Positions 1 to 11,790 of a DNA stretch of 64,000 bases are shown one piece after another. The translations under genes were made by a program, and so were the position numbers. The stretch is taken from contig MU053557.1 in NCBI GenBank assembly GCA_013239625.1, positions 3,626,123 to 3,690,122 on the forward strand, read 5' to 3'. The notes below the pieces were generated by a model. The model was not told the DNA's origin. It did not search any database and saw only the letters and a list, made by a program, of their open reading frames with translations. Source of the DNA: Lama guanicoe. Taxonomy: Eukaryota. Within the stretch, counting starts at the first letter, position 1. Every line of letters starts with the position of its first letter.

Positions 1-29
1 CAACCCCCACCAACTCAACTTCAAATATT

Positions 30-305
30 ATATCCTTCAGAAAAACATTGTAATCACATCCCTGACCTAATCCACTGCAGAAATAATTACTTCTGCTGAG
101 GGCTCACACTATATGTTTAAAGTATGTATTGCACTGACTCATAAGTTATTATTTTATTTCTGACACCTTCATTAAGCTACAGGTTCCTCAAGCACAGGCC
201 ATGCCTTATTTATCCTCAAATACTCTTTGCCTACAACCATAACTAGCACAGTGATAAATAAATGCAAAGAGTGTTCAGTGGATGCTTATTGAATGTGTGA
301 ATGGA
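30..305 (+). mobile_element. L2 LINE 3' end fragment
   Basis: Ends in the typical L2 terminus (agcacagtg...tgcttattgaatgtgtgaatggat). Confidence 0.55.
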
Positions 306-2286
306 TAATTGTGGCCAGTGGCAGACGTGATGTAGGACGCCCACCAGAATGAGAGCCAAAGCTCAGATCGACAGACCAGGTATAAACAAGGAAGGTTATA
401 TAAGAGTCTAGTGGCTTTTGTTTTTCACAGCTGGAGCTATGGCTGAGGGTGGAGGCAACATTCCAGAAGAGGTACTTGGTCATGCCTTTGGCATATGGGG
501 CAGAATGAGGAGGGCTTTAAAAATTAGCATAAATTAATCACGTGAAAATAGTGACTATCCTCTAAACTATGAAGACCCTAGCACTAAATTCACAATGTAA
601 AAGTCTCTATGCCAGTCACATATAATTTATCTATACCATATAAGGGTAAAATAATACTTAAATCAGAAGATTTTTCTGATGTCAAGTGAGGTAGTGGATA
701 CAGAATTGACTTGAAAACTATACATTGTCAGACTATAAATTGAAGAAAAACTGTAATTAAAGGAGGTTCATCTATTGTGTCAACAATGAAGATAAAATAG
801 ATCCGTAAAAAATATTAATCCAAAAGCAGGCAAAAAGGAAGGGGAAAAAAAGAATAACGAATAAAAAGAAAACATCTAACAATACTGTAGATTTTAACAC
901 AACCCTATTAATAACTATATTAAATGTAAACAATATAAACCCATCAAAAATAATAGAGAGACTGTCAGACTATAGTATATATAGAAACTTACTTTAAATG
1001 TAAAGACCGATGAGAATAAGTGAATGTAAAAATATATATCATCAAACACTAATCAAAAGAAACCTGGAATGGTTATGTTATATCAGAAAATGTATTCACA
1101 ACAAGGAATATTACCAGAAACAGTCATTGCATAATCATAAAGGAATCAATTCATTAAGAAGATACAACAATCCTGGATGTGTAAGCAACTAACAATTAAG
1201 CCTCAAAATCTATATAGCAAAAACTAACAGAAAAAAAAAGAAATACGCAACTATAGATGAAGGCTTCAAAACTAGTCTTTCAGTGGTGAATAGAACAAGG
1301 AGATAGAAACAAGAAGGATGCAGAAAACCTGAATACCACTATAATCAAATTGAACTAAATTACATTATAAAATATGCCACCCCAGACAGTGGAATACACA
1401 TTTTTTTTGTTTGCAAGGGAAACATTATTCAAGATAGACTTTACTGGGTCATTAAATAAGCCTTAACACATTTAAAAGAATTAAAATAAAGTACATATTT
1501 TTACTGTAGTGGAATCAAACTAGAAATCAAATAATCACATATGGCAAAAGTCCCTAAATATTTAGAAATTAAATTTTAAAAGTTTTAAGTAATCTGTGGG
1601 TCAAAGAGGGTGTCCCAGGAGATACTAAAACATTTTGAATTGTATAGAAATAAATATATGAAAATTTGTGGGAGCAGCTAAAGCAGTGCTTAGCAGTGAA
1701 CTTACAGCATTAAATACTTGTATTAAAAGAGAAGAAAATCAAATGACTTCAGCTTCTTAAACTAGAAAAAGAGCAAGTCGAAATCAATCAGAAGGAATAA
1801 CAATAATAACAAGAACATGAATCAATTAAGTTGAGAACAGAGAAAAATCAATAAAAACAAAACCTAGCCCTTTGAAAAATAAAATTGATGAGCATCTAGA
1901 CACATTTGCCAATCAGAGAGGGAGAGAAATTAGACACAATTATCAATATCAGGATTGGAGAGGGGTATCATTATAGACCCTACAGTTATTAAAAAATAGT
2001 AAGAAATAACATGAATAACTCTATGCCCATAGGTATGATAACATAGATGAGATGGACACATTCCTGGACACAAACTGCAGAAGGTCATTCAAGAAGAAAT
2101 AGCCAATTTGAGTAGTTCCATATCTATTAAAGAATGAAATCCATACTTTAAAACTTTTCAATAGCAGAAACTCCAGGATGAGATCATTTCACTAGTAAAT
2201 TCTATCAAACATTCAGGGAACAAATAATCATGGATCTCCAGAAGACTTATTCAGAATGTAGAAGAGGAGAGTACAGTTCCCAAATA

Positions 2287-3070
2287 ATTGTTTTAAGAGC
2301 TTTGTTGAGGTGTAATTCATATACCATCCAATTCAACCATTTGAGGTGCACAGTTCAGTCTTTTATAGTGTATTCATGGAGTTGTCATAATCAGTTTTAT
2401 CGCTTTTTCATTGCCCCACAGGTAAAACTACACCTATTAGTAGCCAATCCTTCCCTCTCTAGCCCTAGACAGTCACTAATCTGCTTTTGATCTCCATAGA
2501 TTTGCCTGTAATGGACATGTCATCTAAATATAATCATACAAGATGTGGCCTTTGGTCCCCACCTTCTTTCACTTAGCATAATGTTTTCAAGGTTCATTCG
2601 TGTTATAGCATGTATCACACTTCATTCATTTTTACTACCAAATCATATTCTAATGTATGGATATACTGAGTTTTATTTATCCATTCATTAGTTGATGGAA
2701 ATATGGGTTGTACCCACTGTTTGGCTACGATGGATAATGCTGCTATGAATATTCTTGTACAAGTGCTTAAATGGATGTATGTTTTTATTTCTCATTTGTA
2801 GATATATAGGTGGTAGTAGAATTTCTGGGTCATATGATAACTCTATGTTTAATCTTTTGAAGAACTGCCAGACTCTTCCAAAACAGCTACACTATTTTAC
2901 ATTCTCACTAGCACTGTATGAGGGTTCCAGTTTCTCCATATCATAACCAACCCTTGTCATTATGTCTTTTTGATTCTAGCTATTCTTGTAGGTGTGAAGG
3001 AGTATCTAATTTTGGTTTTGATTTGTATTTCCTTAATAGCTCATGCTACTGAGCATCTTTCACTGCTTAT
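2287..3070 (-). mobile_element. L1MB-type 3' fragment nested antisense inside the older L1
   Basis: ttgttgaggtgtaattcatataccat...ctttcacttagcataatgttttcaaggttcat...ctgccagactcttccaaa, the canonical antisense L1MB 3' end. Confidence 0.85.
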
Positions 3071-3871
3071 TGACCCTCCCATTATATAGGATCTACGTTG
3101 CCCTGCTACCAAACTCAGAAAAAGAAACTACAGGGCAAGAAAATTGCAGATCAATATCCCTCAGAAACATAAACATAAAAACCCCAAGGAAAGTCCTAGC
3201 AAATCAAGTAAGTGAGGCTTGTAACTCGAGTGCACTTTGAAAATCAATAAATGCAATTTATCATATGGCTAGATTAAAAAAAGAAACCATACAATCATCT
3301 CAATAGATACAAAAATAATTTAACAGAATTTCATATTCATTATATACGTATACCTCTCAACAAACCAGGAATGAAAAGGAAATTCCTCAGCTCGATAAAG
3401 AATGTCTATGAAACATCCACAGCTAACTTCATGTGTAATGTTGAAAGATGAATAATTTCCCCCAAGATCAGGAGCAAAACACAGATATCCTCTGCCATTA
3501 CTTGTTGATACTGCACTGGAGGTACTTACCATTGCAGTACAGAAAGAAAGTTAAAAGGCATACTGATGGGAAAGGAAGAAAGCAAATGGTTTCTATTTAT
3601 AGAATACATGACTGTCTATGTAGGAAATCCTAAATAATCTACAAAAATGCTACGAGAATTGACAAAGTTACTGGACACAAGACTAAGATACAAAAATCAA
3701 TTGCATGTTTTTGTGCTTGCAAAAAACAAATAGAAATTGAAATTAAAATAGATCATTTCCAGTAGTTCCAAAAACCATAAAATACTTAAGGTATAAATCT
3801 AACAAAATATGTGCATATTTTACATGCTGATAACTATACACTTTTGTTGCAAGAAATAAAAAAATGACCAA

Positions 3872-4040
3872 GAGAAACAACAAGGTCCTACTGTATAGCA
3901 CAGGGAACTATATTTAATAGCTTGTAATAATCTATAATGAAAAATAATATGAAAAAGGAATATATATACATATAACTGAATCCCTGTGCTAAACACCAGA
4001 AACTAAAATATTGTAAATCAACTATACTTCAAATTTTAAA
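3872..4040 (+). mobile_element. Short artiodactyl-type L1 3' end
   Basis: aacaacaaggtcctactgtatagcacagggaactatat...tgtaaatcaactatacttcaa, flanked by an imperfect aaaaaatga(c/t)ca duplication. Confidence 0.8.
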
Positions 4041-4442
4041 AAATGATCAGAATAAATTAAGAGACTTACTATGTTCTTGTATCAGAATACTGAATATTGC
4101 TAAGATGTCAGTTCTTCCCAAAGTGATTTGGTTTGGAAACTGACAAAGTGATTTTAAAATTTATATGGAAAGGCAAAGAACTAAAATAACCAAAACAATT
4201 TTGGGAAAAAAGAACAAAATTTGAGCAGTCACTCTAGCTGATTTTAAGACTTCTATAAAGCTCGGTAATTAAGATAGCATTTTATTGGAGAGAGGGTGGG
4301 CATGTCAGTGGAACAGAATAGAGTTGAGAAATATACTCATATTTATATGGTCTACTGATTTTTAACAAAGATGCAAAGGTCATCCAGTGGAGAAACAACA
4401 GCCATTTCAGTGTTTGATGCTGAAACAATTGAACATCCATAT

Positions 4443-4444
<2 letters not shown>

Positions 4445-4499
<55 letters not shown>

Positions 4500-4518
4500 A
4501 AAAAAAAAAAAAAAAAAA
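4445..4518 (+). repeat. Poly(A) tract (A53-TT-A19)
   Basis: Read directly from the sequence. Confidence 0.95.
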
Positions 4519-6159
4519 GGAAGAAGAAAGAAAAAAGCAAGAACAATATATAAAAATTAATTCAAAATGTGCCACAGACATACATGTAAAAACTTAAACT
4601 CTAAAATTTCTAGGAAAAAAAATAGAGGAAAGTCTTTTTGTCCTTGTATTAGGCAGATTCCTGAGATAAAATACCTGAAACCTAATCCACTGACACAAAA
4701 AGACACTATTAAGAAAAAACAAAAACAAGCTTGCTGGTAGGAATGCAGAATGGGAAAACCGTTTCAGGGTTTCTTATAAAGTAACATACATACATAACCA
4801 TATGACCCAGCAATATCACTCTTAGGTCTACTCAAGTGAAATAAATACTTATGTTCACACAAAAAACACATATGAGTGTTTATTGTGCTTTTATTGGTAA
4901 TAGCCCCAAGCTGGAAGGAATCCAGTGTCCCTCAGCTGGTGAATGGATAAACCAACTGTAGTGCATCCACAGAAAGGAAGACTACACAGCAGTAACAGGA
5001 ATGACCTGCTGATACATGACACAGTATACTGTACAATTCTGATTTCACTTATATGACCTTCTGAAAATGGCAAAACTCTAGTGACAGCAAACAGATCTCT
5101 GGTTGCCAAGAAGTGATCTGGGACGGAAGGGCTTACTTTAAATGGGCATGAGGGAATTTTCAGGATGATGGATATTTTATAAGTATGGTTGTAGTCACAA
5201 ATTTTTTTGTTTGGTACAACTCACAGAACTTTGTTTTTTTTTTTTTAAAAAAAGGGTAAATTTAAGTTTAAAAGGTGAATTTTATCCAAGTAAAGGAAAA
5301 GAAAAAATTATTGTAATAGCCTTGTTGTCAGAGTGGTTAGGATGTATGGTGGAGTGGTGACTTCTATTTGTATTCCAGCTATGCAGCTAACTTGTTTTTC
5401 CTCTTTCTGGGCCCAAATTTCTCCATTTTTCTAATGAGAATGTAGAATGGGATAATGACTAGGATAAAATGCCTTCTAGCCTTGGCATTCTATGGTGACT
5501 GGAGAGGCGATTTCCCTGATTGCTTTATATTCCCTGTCTTTGAGACCAAGCACTTTGGTTGAGCTCTGGGCTGGACCCATGTTCTGAGGATTACCATAAG
5601 TTGCAGGTAGGTGTGTGTTGTGGATGACCAGGGCTGAAGTAAATCTGGCCACCACCCTTTATCCTTAATATGCTTCCTTTACCAAGCTGTCTATGGCTGA
5701 GCTGTGAACAGCTAACATCAGTAGTTATGCAGAGCCTTGGGATGAACAAAACAAAGCAGAACATCTATATTGCATCCTGGTAGGCATCCTGTTCTCCTCT
5801 ATTGATAGAATCATTCAACACAGTTCAGTAAGACCAATTCCTATTTTTAAGGCCCTCTCCCATGTGAAAAGTCATGCATTCCTTACAATTACCCTACCTG
5901 AAATGTAGGTCAGTTTGGGTATAATTATCCTCATTTGTAATAATCCTTGTAAATTATTAACAAGAAAAAAAAAAACAGAAACAAACTAAACGCAACAATG
6001 ACAAAGTAAAACAAAGATGTAGGTATTTTAAATTACTAATCTAGTGCCATGCTACTAATAAGGGTGAGCTTGGAACTCAGTTCTATCTGATGCAAAACCA
6101 GTGATAAAAATGCATTTTATTTGTTTCTAGTCTGAAATATGGGAACCTGGATTTCTTCT

Positions 6160-6660
6160 TATAAACTTATTTATTCATTCCTGCATTTACTCATTTATCA
6201 ACAAATACTTTCTGATCTATACTCAGAAGAGAAGATTTCACTTAAGATACAGATTTGGGAGTCATCATTGAAAAATAAAGCCGTGGGGATAGATGAGTCT
6301 TCAAGGATAGTGGATAGAATTAGAAGAGCATTTACACAGAAACTTGAGAAATATAAACATGTAAGGACTGCACAAAGCAAGAAGTCTGTGGAGGAAAAGT
6401 TTAGAAAAAGCTATCAGAAAGAAAGAATCAAAAAAGTGGATATTTAGATGCAACAGAAACCAAGGGGAGAGAGGTTTAATGGAAAAAGGAACTGTTCTGC
6501 TGTGTTGGATGCTGCTCAGAGATCAAGGAAGATAGGGATTGTGATATTTTGTAAATCTAGCAGCAAGGAGGTCTTTGGTTACTTGTAGGTGGAGTTCCAG
6601 TGGAGTGGTGGTGGTAAGTCAATTATGTGATGTGAAAGAATCAAGGAAGTAGATTCATGA
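6160..6660 (-). mobile_element. L2 fragment
   Basis: ttattcattc...caacaaatactt start, then gatacagatttgggagtcatc and gatgctgctcagagatcaaggaagat L2 motifs. Confidence 0.65.
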
Positions 6661-7098
6661 AGACAAGCATCTCTCAGAGCCGGTTTCCTTATCTGTGAAA
6701 CATAGGTGTTGACAGCCTCACTCCATTTCAGAAGGACATGAAATGTAGAGGGCTTTAATATAAAGCAGAGTATAATGAAGCTATAATCTTGGCATAGAGA
6801 GGAGACAGAGAGAAATCATGTTCTGCTCTTGCTAATTCTGCTGCTTCCATCTTAAATGCCCTGTTGAATTCATCACTGCGTGTTATAAAACTATTTGAAA
6901 TTTAAAGTTTTGTGTGTTTGGGAAGGCTAAAATCTGGGTTGTGGTTGTTCTCAGAGGTCACATTCAGCTCATCAGCTGCTTGGAGCCTCATCCTTTTGTT
7001 TCCCCCAAGGGTACATCCAGACTCTGCTCTTACACTTCTAAAGATGGGCATTTCACCGCCTTTTCAGACAACGTAGTGGTTGCTCCATGGCATAGACT

Positions 7099-8260
7099 TG
7101 TTACTGAACTCAGGTGCGTCAGCTCACCACTCAAAAATTAATACCTGAGAGGCAGAAATGGAAAGCGCTGTTTGTAATCAGAAAGTTGGCAGTCTGGGGA
7201 GAAGGTGGACTCATTGTCCCCCAAACCAACTGGCAAAATTCTGCTCAGCCATGAAAGTTTTTAAAGAGAAAAAGGGAGGTAACTTCAGCTAATCATTGAG
7301 ATAGAGGGTCAGAGACACAGCCATCCCCAACGCCTGCAGGCTTGTTGGTGTCTTGTGATCTTCCTTGAGATGCTATCTTGTTCACACAGTTTGTTCACAG
7401 CGTTTGTTTGTGAGATTACTGAAGGCGAAGCTAAGGCAGAGGTCTGGTCATCTGTTTGTTACTTACTCTTCACTTCTACTTGTTTGATCTACAGAAAGAA
7501 CCATCAGGTTAGGCAAGGTATTGTGTGATCAAAAGATTTGAAAGGTGGGCTTGGCCAGAGATAAGTAGAGCCTGAGGGCTCCTGGTTTAAGGTTAGTTGC
7601 ATTATAGTTCTCCTTAAGTGACAAGAGAAAAGGGATCTCCTGCAGAGAGCTCTTCCCTGCAAAGAGCTCTTCCCTGCCAAAAGCTGCTTACAAATCCCCA
7701 CTTGTCAGAACATCATTGCATTTCTATGGAATTAGGGGGGAAGGTCTATCTATAACTTCTATAACTTAATGCTGACATAGGGTGCTATATTCTTAGAGTA
7801 GAAGATGTCGACGTGGGTCTGTAGCATCTCTTTGCTGACAGTTTTAGTTGCCTGTTTACATATATGGGCAGAACAAGCTGCAATTATTTTGATGTCACAA
7901 GTATATAGATTATTATGAGCAATAGTGTTAATCCCTTTCTCTGTAGGCCAGTCTTTGGAACTGTGCCAGTCATAAACATATTGTTTAAGGTCTAGCAGCA
8001 TATGTCATGGCTGCAGTCTGGTCCCCCTGCAGTTAGCTTTTTCCCTCTGGTGGCAGCTATGGTATCTGTAAAATGACTCAGCAATATGCATCAGATATTG
8101 AATCTGTGACTCTATTGTCTTAATCATTAACTGCTTGAGCCTGCTCTTTTGTGACTCAGGGAGGCCTGGGAGATTTCAGCTTTTCTACAAATAAGAGTCA
8201 GGACACGGTGGGGCCTTTTTACTTGGGGTGAGGGGAGCCCGCAGGGTTCTGCTTGTTTCC
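7099..8260 (-). mobile_element. Long solo LTR (ERV1-type) inserted into a MIR
   Basis: TG...CA termini (tgttactgaac...gtttcca) with near-TSD gact/gtct. MIR resumes at 8262. Blocks are homologous to 58370-58670. Confidence 0.75.
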
Positions 8261-8261
8261 A

Positions 8262-8470
8262 GTCTCTGAAGTCAGACAGTTAGGTTTGGTTGCTGCTCTA
8301 CTAACGAAACCTTGGGCGAGTTATGTAAGCTCTCTAAGCCTCAGTTTTCTTACCTGCAAAATGGAGACGATAATACCTAACTCTTAGACTTGTCAAGAGA
8401 CTCAAGTGTGATGAGACATGAGATGCAAACAGTACAGCCTATGGCACAGAGGATATGTTAAAAAGTGGTT
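8262..8470 (+). mobile_element. MIR SINE
   Basis: MIR core: ccttgggcgagttatgtaagctctctaagcctcagttttcttacctgcaaaatggagacgataata. Confidence 0.85.
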
Positions 8471-8599
8471 GATTTTTTTTTGTCGGTTTTTATTGACAAC
8501 TTTGACAGGTGGAATACTTCTTAATTGTTTTGGTTTAAAATGTTTCCCTCTACTCTCCAAACCTTGGCCCTAGATTTTACTCTTGGGCCAGAGCAGCAA

Positions 8600-8760
8600 G
8601 TCTGCTTTCCCGTAGCAGCCCTTCTGTCATTAAATATTGTCTCTTCTGTGGTAAACATTCCAGTTTTTTCACACTTTCCTCAAAGGTCATGTTTTTAAAT
8701 CCCTTCGCCGTCATTGTTGCCATTTTTTTTGAATTCACTCCAAGGTGTCCCTCTTCCTTC
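8600..8760 (-). mobile_element. CR1/L3 LINE RT C-terminal fragment
   Basis: Minus-strand translation ATMTAKGFKNMTFEESVKKLECLPQKR resembles the CR1 motif ATxMxxGLxxxxYEERLKxLxLFSLEKRR. Confidence 0.7.
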
Positions 8761-9169
8761 ATAGTGAAGATGGTGGCGTTTGATCTGATAGTTGATGGAT
8801 TTTTCATTTCAAAAGGCATAATTTAGATGTGGGCTTGGAAGTGGGGGAGTAGGCAGGGAAGGTGTGTTGCTGGCTGAGGAAACAGCAAGCAAAGGTATGA
8901 GGTGGAACTTTATGGGATACATTCAGAGATTGTGAAGACTTAAGGTGCAGTGAGGCTGTAGGATGGGAAGTACTTGAAATTAAGCTTGAGAATATAGGTT
9001 GGGGGTCAGGTCAAGGAGAGGCTTAAATGCCTTTCTGAGGAATTAATTCTATTCATTTGACAACAGAGATCCCTCAGTGTTTCTGGACTGCGTGTAAGCC
9101 ATGGTCAGATAGTCATTTTGGCCTATTATTCTGGAAGTGGTATGAGATGAATCACAGGTAGTACTGAAA

Positions 9170-10200
9170 AGGAACCTTATATATTACAAGAAGAGAAAGA
9201 TCTCAAATAAACAACCTAAATTTAACTTCAAGGGAAAAAGAACACACTAAGACCAAAGTTAGCAAAAGGAAAAAATAGAGCAGAAATAAATTAAATGTAG
9301 AATAAAAAAATAGAAAAATAATTCAACAAAACTGAGAGTTCTTTTTTTTTTAAAGAAACAAAATGGACAAATCCTTAGGTAGAGTAAGAAAAAAAGAGAA
9401 GTCTCAAATAAGTCAAGAATGAAAGAAGAACATTTTAATAGATACCTCAGAAATAGAAAGGATCATAAGAGATTATTAAGAACAAACATAAGCCAACAAA
9501 CTGGATAACCTAGAAGAAATGGATAAATTCCTAGAAACATACAATATATCAAAACTCAATCCAGAAGGAATAGAAAGCCTGAACAGACCAATAACAAATA
9601 AAGGGATTGGATCAGTAATCAAAAACCTTCCAGCAATAAAAAACCCAGGACCAAATGGCTTCATGGGTGAATTCTACCAAACATCCAAAGCTCATTAATA
9701 CCAATCCTTCTTAAATTCTTCCAAGAAATTGAAAAAGAGGGAACACTTCCAAACTAATTTTATGAGACCATTATCACCCTTATACCACTGCCAGCCAAAG
9801 ATACTAAAAGAAAACAAAACTACGGGCTAATATCCCTAATGAACATTACAGGGAATAAAATGGTGGTTGCCAAGGGCTGTTGGTAAGGGGAGATGGGGAG
9901 ATGCTAGTCGAGACATACAAAGTTTCAGCTATGCAAGGTGAAGAAGTTATGGAGAGCTAGTGTGCAACATTGTGCTGATAGTTAACAATACTGTTTTGGA
10001 GAGTTGAAATTTGCTGAGAGGGTAGGTATCATGTGTTCTCCCCCCACACAGAAATGATGGTAATTAAATGAGAAGACAGCTATGTTATTAGCCTGATTGT
10101 GGTGATTATTTCACAGTGTGTCTGTATATTAAAATCATTAAGTTGTGTGCCTTACATATACATGATCTTGGATTGTCAATTGTACCTCAATGAAACTGAA
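9170..10200 (+). mobile_element. L1MA-type LINE with internal deletion (ORF2 part joined to 3' UTR near 9850)
   Basis: ORF2 segment [16 protein letters not shown]...[15 protein letters not shown] jumps directly to an L1MA 3' UTR (aatggtggttgccaagggctg...tgtcaattgtacctcaatgaaactg). Confidence 0.85.
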
Positions 10201-11466
10201 AAGACCATGGTTGCACAAAAAATAAAAACTTCAAAGTTTTAAGAAGAGATTCATGAGGAATCATAATAAGATTCATTAACACATATGCAGTATATATATA
10301 TATATATATATACACAGTATATGTATGTATATAGTCATACAAGGTGTGAAAATCCATGAACCATGTGGCTGAATAGAATCTTTATTTCCTATTCTTGAAA
10401 TTTATTCATGTGACAAAACAAACCCATAAACAAATTTAAAAAATTAAAAACTCTTACCAAAAAAAGCAAACATAAAACTGAGAGTTTTCAAACTAGAGAT
10501 CTCTGGGTCAGTTTTGAAAGTAATCAACTTTCCATTCAAAAGGAAAATCTGTTGCCTTTTCATATTGTAGCAACTTTTATTCGTCATTTAAAAGTAAGTT
10601 GAAAACAATATGAAAATGTTTAAAGTGTACACCAGAGTAAACCTGTAGAATAAGTCATGGTTTAATTGAAGGCTAATAATGACTAGCAAGAATAGGGTTA
10701 TTAGAAAAATTAAGATTCTGAATAAATTTCTAGGGAATTTGCCAGTGAGATCAATGAAAAATTTTCTCCACATATAATATAATGACATTAATAGAGCTTA
10801 TTTTGAATGAAGACAATGTGGAAATAGTAAAACACATTTCTTCCTATAAAAAGTAACATGTTACATTCTATAGAAATAACTGTAACGACCTTTGCGCGTT
10901 AGGGGGTATGGTTTTAGAATGATATAGTCATCTTTTTCTCTCTTTCGTCTTTTGCATTTTGTTTTTTTTTTCTTTTTCCCTTGAAGATCTTCTTTGTCTT
11001 TTATCCTCTCCTTTGTCAACATAGTCATCATAAAATGCATCCTGAAATTATTCTGTCTTTGAATATGAGAAGTCTGTTTCCTCTCCTTCACTTTCCCAAC
11101 TCTGAGCTTGCTTCATCTTGGCTTCATTCTCCTCTTTCACTTCCTCCTCCTCCTTTTCCTTATATTCTTTGGGTGGAGCAGCTCCATTTTCCACATTATC
11201 TTCATTATCTTTATTATCTTTATTTTCATCTTCATTCTCTTCTTCTTCAGAGTTGATGTTCATTCTCCTTCTTACCAACTCACTCTAAGTATGTTTTGCT
11301 GCAGCACTTAAAAAATACTTTTTCAACTTTTAGGATTATGATCTCATAGATGAAGTCATGACTTTTCTGAATTTTTAGTATTTGATGGATTGTCTTGCCT
11401 CCTTCTTTAACATGCACACTGCAAGGCCTTAAGTTCTTCAAGCTTTTTGAACATTGCAAATGGGAT
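10201..11466 (-). pseudogene. Decayed multi-exon coding remnant: acidic/basic segment plus hydrophobic (TM-like) exons; product uncertain
   Basis: Strong GAN-codon periodicity at 11278-10990. Exon 10642-10458 has acceptor tattctacag and donor G|gtaaga and one stop in its phase-2 frame. An 89-nt intron follows, then a phase-compatible open segment 10368-10201. Several in-frame stops overall. Confidence 0.5.
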
Positions 11467-11484
11467 CTTAAGAATATATACTAC

Positions 11485-11790
11485 ATTAGCATATCCCAAA
11501 GTGTGCTTCACAGAACACCAATCTTACATGCTTTCCCTTGGAGGAAATAAAAAAAGATATGTGTAGCCAAATAAGTTGGGGAACTTACTTTTCTATCTGG
11601 AGATCGCAGTACACTTTTACCATATTAAAGGCTTTAAGAAGTTCTAAGTAAAACACCTCTTCAATTTAGTATAATCCAGCATTTCTGGTACTTATTGACA
11701 AAGATTTCTTTCCTTTCTTCCTTCTTCCCTCCTTTTTTTTTTTCCTTCCTTTCTCTGTTTCTGTCACAATAACTTGGGGAGTTATTAGAC
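11485..11790. mobile_element. hAT-Charlie MITE (MER112/MER113-like)
   Basis: agcatatcccaaagtgtgcttcacagaacacc terminus and caaataagttggggaac motif. Confidence 0.5.

Larger units (their letters stand above)
800..5290 (+). mobile_element. Old L1M (L1MB/MC-like) LINE, decayed ORF2 plus 3' UTR, interrupted by younger L1 pieces
   Basis: A-rich L1 ORF2-like sequence (ggaatcaaactagaaatcaa; TIISID-like acaatcatctcaatagat; gatacaaaaatcaattgc; catatgacccagcaat) with many stops; 3' UTR near 5050-5290. Confidence 0.85.

Noticed and set aside
4352..4553. Poly-Phe and poly-Lys ORFs
   Set aside because: These are translations of the poly(A) tract.
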